Of a DNA stretch of 64,000 nt, positions 57,037-64,000 are shown in pieces (positions within the stretch are counted from its first letter, which is position 1; every line of letters starts with the position of its first letter). The stretch lies in assembly GCA_965198095.1 (NCBI GenBank), contig OZ240239.1, positions 118,641 to 182,640 on the forward strand, in the 5' to 3' direction. This DNA is from Candidatus Latescibacterota bacterium (GTDB lineage: Bacteria > Latescibacterota > UBA2968 > GCA-2709665). Made by a program: the position numbers and the translations under genes. The notes beneath the pieces are model-generated. The model had not been told where the DNA came from. It did no database searches and worked only from the letters and a program-made list of their open reading frames with translations.

Positions 57037-57747
57037 TCAACCGGGCGCCGCCGGATATTCGCCGCACAGATAGCGGGTTCTTGCGACGTCCTCGTCCAGC
57101 TCGGGAAACCGGGTCATCGGTTCAAGAAAAAAATTGTCTGCCAGGTCATCGCAGACGCTGCTGACTTCCCCGCTCACGGTGTATTGCACGCCATCGACTT
57201 CGAGGCCGGTGCCCTCTTCGCCCCAGAACTGGTGAATGGTCCGCGCAGGAAGGCAGACGCTTCGGCCGGGCTCCAGGCAGACCCGGTCTCCCGGATTCAA
57301 CGCAACCGTCTGACCGTCTACCTGCAACGTAAAGGGTTCGTCCGATCGCTTCCCGTCGTCCGTCGCCTTGCAGACCTCCACGAGGATATTGCCGCCGCTC
57401 CGGTTGATGATATCCTCCCGCTTCGAAAGGTGGAAATGTGCCGGGGCGCGCTGGTTTTCAGGGTCCAGAATGAGTTTTTCCGCATAGGTCTTCGGATAGT
57501 TCGCGTTCTTGGCCGACCCGTTCCGGAGCGTCAGCAGCGTCCGACCGATTTCCTTGAACCGCCCGCTTCCGAAATCGGTCACGTCCCAGCCCAACATGCA
57601 GTCGCGAATCTCGTCGGCTTCGGGACCCTTCTTCTGCCAGTCCTCCACGTTCCAGAACGCGAACGGCGGCAGATGAAACCCGAAGTGTTGGAAGACCTGT
57701 ATCGCGGTCTCGACAGATCGCTCTATTTCAGACCGCTTTAATAGCAT
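57037..57747 (-). CDS. D-lyxose/D-mannose ketol-isomerase family (cupin)
   Basis: 236 aa. MLLKRSEIERSVETAIQVFQHFGFHLPPFAFW.., HFHLSKREDIINRSGGNIL. These match the D-lyxose isomerase family. Confidence 0.7.
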   Translation of the reverse strand: MLLKRSEIERSVETAIQVFQHFGFHLPPFAFWNVEDWQKKGPEADEIRDCMLGWDVTDFGSGRFKEIGRTLLTLRNGSAKNANYPKTYAEKLILDPENQRAPAHFHLSKREDIINRSGGNILVEVCKATDDGKRSDEPFTLQVDGQTVALNPGDRVCLEPGRSVCLPARTIHQFWGEEGTGLEVDGVQYTVSGEVSSVCDDLADNFFLEPMTRFPELDEDVARTRYLCGEYPAAPG

Positions 57748-57764
57748 TCTCTACCTCCATCGCT

Positions 57765-59270
57765 CTAGCTTTCTTTCGTCTCTCGCCTTTTAACGATCTC
57801 CGACCACGGAACGCCCTTTTCGATGTCCCTGATTTCCCGGGAGAAGGCCTCGTGGTGATAACCCGGCACGGAGGCGAACCTCACCCCTTCGGGCAGCGCT
57901 CCGTGCAGCAGCGGCGGACAAGACCGGTAGCGCAAGAGGTCCATCAGCAGGGCCTCCCGAATCTCCCGGTAGTCGGGGTCGTGCCACCTGTTGTAAATCT
58001 CTCCCGGATCCGTCCGGTGGTCGTAGATCTCGCTCTCGTCCCCTGTCAAATCGAAGGTGATGCGGAAGTCTTCTGTCCGCATCGACATGTGGTGATAGTC
58101 CTTCACGTGTTCGCATAGGACCGCCCGTTTGTTCCACTCCTCCTTGCCCAGAATCGCTGGGACGAGGCTCCGTCCCTGAACCGTGTTCGGCGTCTCAAGG
58201 CCGAGCAGTTCAGTTAGCGTCGGATAGAGATCCACAGACTCCACGAACTTGCCGAACTCCTCTCCCGAAGGCAGCCCACTCGGGTAGCGAATAATCAGGG
58301 GAACCTTGTGAACGCATTCGTAAAACCCGAGGTTCTTCCAGATCAGTCCGTGCTCACCCGCGAAGTCTCCGTGGTCGGAGGCGTAGATGACGATCGTATC
58401 TTCCAGGATGCCCTGGGCCTCCAGCTCCGCAAGCATCCTTCCGATCTGCTCATCGATCAGGGTGACGAGCGCGTAGTAGTAAGCGATACACTGTCTCAGG
58501 TGCGCGTCGTCCCTCGGCCGGTAGGGGTACCAGAGTTCGCCACGCATCGACTGCTGTTGCCGCTCTGACTTGCCCTCAAACGGGTCTTCGGCATTCGCAG
58601 GGACCGTTACCTCATCCGGATCGTAGAGGCGGTCATACGGCTCGGGCACGGTGAGCGGATCGTGAGGCCGTTCGAAACAGACGTAGGCGAAGAACGGCTT
58701 GCCTTTGTCTCGCTCGCGGAGGTATTTCACTGCCTCGTCTCCGCACCAGACCTCCATCGAGTGTTCCAGTGGCAAGGGCGACGTGACCGCGCAGTCGGGG
58801 TGCTGCTTCCATTTGCTCGTATTGTCGTAATCGTCCGCCACCCCTGCGTCAACCAGGCTTCGGAAGTAGTCGCACGTGAGCGGGTCGTCCGGCAGCGCAT
58901 CGGTGTTCGTGCTGAAACAGGTAGTGTCGAACTCTCGTCGGGGCCAGTGCACCCCGATATGTCCCTTTCCGATGAGCGCCGTCTCGTATCCGGCCTGCCT
59001 CAGGGTCGCCGTGATCGGATTCAGGTGGTCTGGCGGCTCATCGATGTTGCCGTGACGCCGATGCCAGTGTTCGTAGATCCCGGTCAGGTAAGAGATGCGC
59101 GATGGGCCGCAGTGCGCGCTGTTGGCGTAGGCCCTGGCGAATCGAATGCCCTCCCGCGCGAGCCGGTCCATGTGGGGCGTCTGGAGCAGAGGCTCGCCCG
59201 CGCAGGACATACAGCGCGCATTATGCTGGTCGCTCAGTACAAAGAGGATGTTGGGCTGTCCGGAAGCCAT
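57765..59270 (-). CDS. sulfatase (S1 formylglycine-dependent family), no signal peptide
   Basis: 501 aa. ILFVLSDQH and C-x-P-x-R in SAHCGPSRISYLTG. ..IVIYASDHGD.. Confidence 0.85.
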   Translation of the reverse strand: MASGQPNILFVLSDQHNARCMSCAGEPLLQTPHMDRLAREGIRFARAYANSAHCGPSRISYLTGIYEHWHRRHGNIDEPPDHLNPITATLRQAGYETALIGKGHIGVHWPRREFDTTCFSTNTDALPDDPLTCDYFRSLVDAGVADDYDNTSKWKQHPDCAVTSPLPLEHSMEVWCGDEAVKYLRERDKGKPFFAYVCFERPHDPLTVPEPYDRLYDPDEVTVPANAEDPFEGKSERQQQSMRGELWYPYRPRDDAHLRQCIAYYYALVTLIDEQIGRMLAELEAQGILEDTIVIYASDHGDFAGEHGLIWKNLGFYECVHKVPLIIRYPSGLPSGEEFGKFVESVDLYPTLTELLGLETPNTVQGRSLVPAILGKEEWNKRAVLCEHVKDYHHMSMRTEDFRITFDLTGDESEIYDHRTDPGEIYNRWHDPDYREIREALLMDLLRYRSCPPLLHGALPEGVRFASVPGYHHEAFSREIRDIEKGVPWSEIVKRRETKES

Positions 59271-59355
59271 GTTCGATAAAATCTCGCAGATGACACGGAG
59301 AGACGACCGATTCCATTACTAAGGAATCAGGTTTCACTGTCAAGCAGTAATTCGA

Positions 59356-59805
59356 TCATCGCTCGACTTGGACCCTCCTTGACGTGCCTTTTCTCGGAGT
59401 GACACGGACGACGCCCCGGTCCGCATCCACCACCACCCGATCCCCCGTCGCGATGGTCGAAAACGGGTCACGCTCCAGGTCCGTCATCATCGGGATGCCG
59501 TTCACGATGCACCCGAGGGCGGCCAGGCTGTCGACCTCCACGTTCACGAACGCCACCGGGGCATTTCCTTCCAGCCGGGCCAGGTTCAGCGTCATCGGCG
59601 TCCCGGAAGATCCCTTGGTCGAGCGGATCACGAGCACCCGATCCCTCAGTGATTCACCCTCCAGCGGATGTCCGGAGCCGATCACTTTCCCGGTAATCGC
59701 ATCCACCTCGCCCCAGAAAGAGAGCGTGGCGTCCGCCACCAGCGCCGTCCCCTCGGCCCTTCCCATCACCACCCCTCTGCCCTTGATTTCGATCGTCTCA
59801 GCCAT
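59356..59805 (-). CDS. aconitase X swivel-domain small subunit (DUF126 / AcnX type IIa small subunit)
   Basis: Start MAETIEIKGRGVV.. Typical DUF126 length and Gly-rich pattern. 8-bp overlap with the upstream AcnX large-subunit gene. ORF track 59356..59826. Confidence 0.6.
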   Translation of the reverse strand: MAETIEIKGRGVVMGRAEGTALVADATLSFWGEVDAITGKVIGSGHPLEGESLRDRVLVIRSTKGSSGTPMTLNLARLEGNAPVAFVNVEVDSLAALGCIVNGIPMMTDLERDPFSTIATGDRVVVDADRGVVRVTPRKGTSRRVQVER

Positions 59806-61051
59806 CTCCCATCCACTTCCCGGCAACGGCCGCCCGAATGCACGGTTCGGTCTCCGCGATAATCATTTCTGCCCCCAGCATCCCCCGGGCATAATGCGCC
59901 TGTTTGAACCCGTGGGTTACGATGCGCTTGGCCGGGATCCGCATGTTCGTTGGGCAAGTGTCGCACAGGATCCGGCCGCCCGCAGCCTCGATCGCCTCCG
60001 TGTATCCCATCGCGTCCGCGTTCCCCTTGGTTCCCCGGGCCGTATCCACCCAGAGCCTCACCCCCTGGGCGATCTTTTTCCCCCTCAGTAGGCCAGCAAT
60101 CTCAGAAATTTCCTGGATAGACGCGTGAGGACAGCCAAGGATCACGGCGTCGATTTCGTCTCCGGTGTGGGTCCGAAGCGATTCATAGGTCTCCCTCAAG
60201 GCGGCATCGTCAAACACCGTCTCGGGCTCGGGCACATCGCCCTGAAACGCGGCCTCCAGTGTGGGAGCCTCGGGCGTCACGCCCGCGATGTGACACATCG
60301 TCACGCCCCCTGACGTCGCGAGCGCGGCGCACAGCTGCTTCGCCTCATCCTGTGACGGGCGTTCCACGCCGTTGAACACCGGAATACCCAAACCAGCCAA
60401 CTTTCCCGAATAGTAACCGAGCGCCCCCCAGTCCGTCGGGCTGTCCAGGTCTGCGGTCACGTCGATCCGCAGCGTCCCCTTCCGGTTCTCGTCCAGTAGG
60501 ACACCGAACTCGGGTACCAGTCCTAGAAGCGACGCCGCGATCGCGCTCTCCGTCCCGTGCCGCACGGTTCTCGCCCCCAGGATCGAGTTGGCGTAGACCA
60601 CCGCTGAAGACTCGGTCCAGGCGCAGACCTCCCCCTTCAGCGGAACGTTTCCGACGAGATACGGCGCGCACGTGAACGTCGGGATGAATCCGGCCTCAGC
60701 CGCCATGTCTGCCAGTTCCTTCTGCATCCGCACCTGCTCCGGATCGTTTTCAGGCACATCCTGATGGCCCTCCAGTGTGACGAAAGCGGCGTGGACTGTG
60801 CAGGTGCATCCCGGGTGCGTCTGGTGCGCGCAGGCCTCCTTCAGATCTTCCATATACCGGTCGAGTGTTTCCCGGGAAGCCCCTCTGGCCATCAGGTTGG
60901 GAACCGGCAGCAGCGCGTGCGTGTTCTCCACGCGCACCAGCCGCTGCGCACCCATCGCCTCGCCCCACGCGACCAGCCAGCGCATGCACTTGGCCAGGTA
61001 GTCGCCCTTGGCGCCGTCCAGAATGGCCTGCTGTTCTTCAGTAAGATCCAT
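59798..61051 (-). CDS. aconitase X catalytic large subunit (DUF521 / AcnX type IIa large subunit; hydroxyproline- or mevalonate-phosphate-dehydratase-like)
   Basis: 417 aa. The N-terminal MDLTEEQQAILDGAKG.. and Cys-rich regions are typical of DUF521. Paired with a DUF126 gene. Confidence 0.6.
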   Translation of the reverse strand: MDLTEEQQAILDGAKGDYLAKCMRWLVAWGEAMGAQRLVRVENTHALLPVPNLMARGASRETLDRYMEDLKEACAHQTHPGCTCTVHAAFVTLEGHQDVPENDPEQVRMQKELADMAAEAGFIPTFTCAPYLVGNVPLKGEVCAWTESSAVVYANSILGARTVRHGTESAIAASLLGLVPEFGVLLDENRKGTLRIDVTADLDSPTDWGALGYYSGKLAGLGIPVFNGVERPSQDEAKQLCAALATSGGVTMCHIAGVTPEAPTLEAAFQGDVPEPETVFDDAALRETYESLRTHTGDEIDAVILGCPHASIQEISEIAGLLRGKKIAQGVRLWVDTARGTKGNADAMGYTEAIEAAGGRILCDTCPTNMRIPAKRIVTHGFKQAHYARGMLGAEMIIAETEPCIRAAVAGKWMGDG

Positions 61052-61084
61052 ACGACTCTAATTTTCTTATCACCAGAGTAACAA

Positions 61085-61165
61085 TCGCCGCCGGGAGGCG
61101 GCTCCTACCGGATCAATGAGTGCGATGTATCTGGTAGGAGCCAACTCCCGTTGGCGACGAAATGA
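61085..61165. repeat. REP-like hairpin (short member of the GGCTCCTACC family)
   Basis: CGCCGCCGGGAGGCGGCTCCTACCGGATCAATGAGTGCGATGTATCTGGTAGGAGCCAACTCCCGTTGGCGACG. Confidence 0.55.
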
Positions 61166-61191
61166 CTCACGGTGATTGCATACGGTTTTCC

Positions 61192-62712
61192 TTACTGTTT
61201 AGGAATCTGCAACGCATAAAGCTTCGCGTTGTCCATGGTAAAACGAACTCTGACCGGGAGATGCGCTCCGATATCCGAGTTTCCCCTCCACGTGAACGTA
61301 TGCGCCAGGCTGTCCCCCTTGAAGGTATCACAGTCCTCTCTGGAAAAGCCATCAACAACGTATCCATCCGAGGTTAGAAGTTCGGCGTCAATATAACCTC
61401 CGGACGCAACGGCGTTGACGACAAGTCGATTGCCCGGCGATTGAAGCGGTTTCGTCAACAGTGTAGGCGGGTAATTATTCTTGGTGCTTCTGTGCGAATT
61501 GTCGATCGCGTCGATGGAGACGAATCCGTCCAGCCGCAGCTTGGCCAGCCCGAGCTTTGTGTTACCACCCGCGTCGTGGCGGTTGTCCGTCCCGGTATAG
61601 TAAACCCAGTGCTCATCCCCGACCCGCATCGGGGCCTGTAACATTGCGCACATGCCCCACTCCCAGCTTCCATCCGGACCGAGGGGCAGAAAAGGCCCGG
61701 TTCTCAGCCGTTCCCAGTGGAAACTGTCCCTGCTGTGCGAAAGGTACATATCCATCGTGTCGTGCGCCGTGTGATGTGTCCTCACGAAGCCGAGGTAGAT
61801 GCTCTCGTAGTAGAACGCCTCCATGCCGTAGAAGTCCGTATCGAACGGATCCAGCGCGTCCTTGTCGATCACGGGCGCAGACATCGACCAGTGGATCAGG
61901 TCGTTGCTCTGCATCCTCTGGATCGATCGCTCCGTCCTGTGCACCAGCATCGGACTTGGATAGGGATTTCGACAAAATCCAAGGTACTTCTTGCTCACGG
62001 GATCATACATGATACTAAGCGTCTCGTCTCCTCGCCCGGCACTGATCGGCCCCGGGTCCGGCGTCCAGTGGATCCCGTCGGGGGAATGGAAGACCGCCGG
62101 CTGTCCTCCTCCGTGACCCATCTTGTAGCGTCTGGACGGATCGGCCTCAGGATCCTTCACGACGTATTGACACTTGGTCTCGTAAACGATGTTCGTGTCG
62201 CTGCCATCGGTGTGTTTCACCACGCCCAGCGGCGGCGTTTCCCACTTGATGCCGTCCTCCGAGGTGGCATACAGGATCCTATAGTTATAGCTTCGCACGG
62301 GCACACCTTCTACCGTCAGGCCGTTGTACCACATCTTCCAGATCCCGTCTTCTTCGTCGTAGAGGATCCTTGCCGGCCACGGCGCAGACCTGCCCTCCCA
62401 GTCGTGCGACCGCTGCATGATCGGATTGCCTTCGTACCGCACGGGCTGATTCACCGTCCGCGTCACGAAGGCGGTCGCCCTGAGCAGATGCCCTGGTACG
62501 TCCGCTTCGATCTTGTCGGTTGCCTCGCTCCATCCGTCCAGGTTCGTTCGCTCCTCGGCTGACGCCGGTATCCGCGGCTGTACCCATCGGGCCGTCTCCG
62601 CGAGACGAGGAGAAATCCAGCGCGTCGTCTCGATAATGTGGTCGTCCACAAAAAGCTGCTTGCGTGTACCGACATCAACGATCAGTTCTGATCCTGGAAC
62701 CTGTAACCTCAT
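61192..62712 (-). CDS. beta-propeller glycoside-hydrolase-like protein (LF[VL]DD / LY[AS]FRV family)
   Basis: 506 aa. MRLQVPGSELIVDVGTRKQLFVDDHIIE.., SEDGIKWETPPLG, SPDGIHWTPDPGP, SRDSFHWERLRTGP, C-terminal ..AKLYALQIPKQ. No signal peptide. Confidence 0.6.
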   Translation of the reverse strand: MRLQVPGSELIVDVGTRKQLFVDDHIIETTRWISPRLAETARWVQPRIPASAEERTNLDGWSEATDKIEADVPGHLLRATAFVTRTVNQPVRYEGNPIMQRSHDWEGRSAPWPARILYDEEDGIWKMWYNGLTVEGVPVRSYNYRILYATSEDGIKWETPPLGVVKHTDGSDTNIVYETKCQYVVKDPEADPSRRYKMGHGGGQPAVFHSPDGIHWTPDPGPISAGRGDETLSIMYDPVSKKYLGFCRNPYPSPMLVHRTERSIQRMQSNDLIHWSMSAPVIDKDALDPFDTDFYGMEAFYYESIYLGFVRTHHTAHDTMDMYLSHSRDSFHWERLRTGPFLPLGPDGSWEWGMCAMLQAPMRVGDEHWVYYTGTDNRHDAGGNTKLGLAKLRLDGFVSIDAIDNSHRSTKNNYPPTLLTKPLQSPGNRLVVNAVASGGYIDAELLTSDGYVVDGFSREDCDTFKGDSLAHTFTWRGNSDIGAHLPVRVRFTMDNAKLYALQIPKQ

Positions 62713-62752
62713 TGATAAGCCTCCTTATCTCGATCCACGATTAGCGGGTTTG

Positions 62753-62790
62753 CGGTACCCGGTACCCGTATTTGACTTCCCAGTACCCGG
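62753..62790 (-). promoter_or_regulatory. GGTACC-box variant (CGGTACCCGGTACCCGTATTTGACTTCCCAGTACCCGG)
   Basis: ~40 bp upstream of the 62712 start. Preceded by CGATCCACGATTAGCGGGTTT. Confidence 0.45.
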
Positions 62791-62793
62791 TCT

Positions 62794-64000
62794 CTACTCT
62801 TGCGGAATTTGCAGGGCGAAGAGTCTCGCGTTATCCATGTAAAACCGAACTCTGATGGGAATGCAGCCACCTATATCCGCGTTTCCTTTCCAGGTGAACG
62901 TATGCGCCAGACTGTCCCCGTTGAACGTATCGCAGTCTTCCCTGGAATGCCCGTCGATCACGTTTCCATCTGTTGTCAACAACTCGGCGTCGAGATATCC
63001 CCCGGAAGCGACCGCGTTCACGACGAGCCGGTTTCCCGGCGATTGTAGCGGTTTGGTCAACAGCGTCGGCGGGTAGTTCCTTCCCGCGCGTCGGTGCGCG
63101 TTGTCGATCGCGTCGATCGACACGAACCCGTCCAGGCGAAGCTTCGCCAGCCCCAGACCCGCAGCATCACCATCCCCACCATCGTGCAGTCCCGCTACGC
63201 CCGTATAGTAGAACCAGAGCTCATCACCGACCCTCATCGGGGCCTGAAACATCTGGGCCATGCCCCATTCCCAACTCCCGTCTGATCCTCGAGGCAGAAA
63301 AGGTCCGGTCCGTATCCGCTCCCAGTGGAAACTGTCTCTGCTGTGGGACAGCCACACCTCCATGTGATCAGGGCCCGTTCGGTGAATGTTCACAAATCCC
63401 AGATACATACTCTCATAGTACATCCCCTGCAAACCGTAAAAGTCGGTGTCGAAAGGATCCAGCGGGTCCTTGTCGATGATGGGGGCCGATATCGACCAGT
63501 GGATCAGATCATTGCTCTGCAGCCTCTGGGTCGATCGCTCCGTCCGGTGGGTCAGCCACGGTTCAGGATAGACGTTTCGGCAGAACCCGAGATATTTCTT
63601 GCTCACGGGGTCATACATGATGGACAGGGTCTCGTCCCCTCGGTCGCTCTGGGTCGGACCCGGGTCGGGCGTCCAGTGGATTCCGTCGGGGGAATGGTAG
63701 ACCGAGGCATCGATCGGGGGGTCCCAGTGGAGCAACGGACCGTGACCCATCTTGTAACGCCTGGAAGGGTCTGCGTCTTTGTCCTTCACAACGTACTGAC
63801 TCTTGCATTCGTTCACGATATTCGTGTCGTTCCCATCTCTGTCTTTCGCGACCCCCAGCGTCGGTCTTTCCCACGTGATGCCGTCTTCAGACGTGGCATA
63901 CATCGTGTTGTACACGATCTTCCGTTCAGGGAACTCGTCGACGGTCACGCCGAGGTACCACATCTTCCAGATCCCGTCTTCCTCATCGTACATAATGTCC
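62794..64000 (-). CDS. beta-propeller glycoside-hydrolase-like protein, tandem paralog (5' end outside window)
   Basis: Collinear with 61192-62712 at ~75% identity (..YDEEDGIWKMWY.., C-terminal ..ARLFALQIPQE). Confidence 0.6.
   Translation of the reverse strand, partial: DIMYDEEDGIWKMWYLGVTVDEFPERKIVYNTMYATSEDGITWERPTLGVAKDRDGNDTNIVNECKSQYVVKDKDADPSRRYKMGHGPLLHWDPPIDASVYHSPDGIHWTPDPGPTQSDRGDETLSIMYDPVSKKYLGFCRNVYPEPWLTHRTERSTQRLQSNDLIHWSISAPIIDKDPLDPFDTDFYGLQGMYYESMYLGFVNIHRTGPDHMEVWLSHSRDSFHWERIRTGPFLPRGSDGSWEWGMAQMFQAPMRVGDELWFYYTGVAGLHDGGDGDAAGLGLAKLRLDGFVSIDAIDNAHRRAGRNYPPTLLTKPLQSPGNRLVVNAVASGGYLDAELLTTDGNVIDGHSREDCDTFNGDSLAHTFTWKGNADIGGCIPIRVRFYMDNARLFALQIPQE

Overview
The window is 64 kb of high-GC (~62-63%) bacterial DNA. 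Every gene I can support is on the minus strand. The long plus-strand ORFs in the track are antisense shadows of those genes, expected at this GC content. One secreted protein ends in a probable type IX secretion (T9SS) C-terminal sorting domain, which points to an organism of the Fibrobacteres-Chlorobi-Bacteroidetes (FCB) superphylum. That assignment is inference.

The content is a glycan and small-molecule catabolic island. It is dominated by paralog expansions, and the proteins lack signal peptides:
- Five intact copies plus one 5' fragment of an uncharacterised TIM-barrel glycoside-hydrolase-like family, called GHL below (N-terminal FxxNDGxF motif; internal D-x-DG-x-E-x-D-[WF]-x-RHP motif).
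- Four copies of a beta-propeller glycoside-hydrolase-like family with a shared C-terminal beta-sandwich.
- A tandem-duplicated GH36-like alpha-galactosidase pair.
- Two sulfatases and three PhyH-type Fe(II)/2-oxoglutarate dioxygenases.
- Single copies of GH127, a BNR sialidase-like protein, enolase-superfamily dehydratases, an HpcH aldolase, D-lyxose isomerase, an aconitase X (AcnX) pair, SDR and TPP enzymes, and others.
- A TonB-dependent receptor / T9SS-cargo / FadL-like outer-membrane operon.

The most notable non-coding features:
- A ~30-bp GGTACC-N16-GGTACC box recurs about eight times, always upstream of operon starts.
- A REP-associated tyrosine transposase (RAYT) gene is inactivated by a 19-bp tandem duplication.
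- That gene is flanked by hairpin-forming REP repeats, including a tandem array of five ~126-bp units.
- A mosaic BIME-like array of two repeat families lies at 33.4-34.25 kb.
- Two diverged copies of a ~240-bp non-coding element sit upstream of two large genes.
- The GH36 duplication carries 165-bp elements flanked by 12-bp terminal inverted repeats.

Protein-feature coordinates follow the ORF track, with starts refined to internal ATGs where paralogs or a Shine-Dalgarno match support it. Coordinates of non-coding features were read from the sequence by eye and may be off by 1-2 nt.
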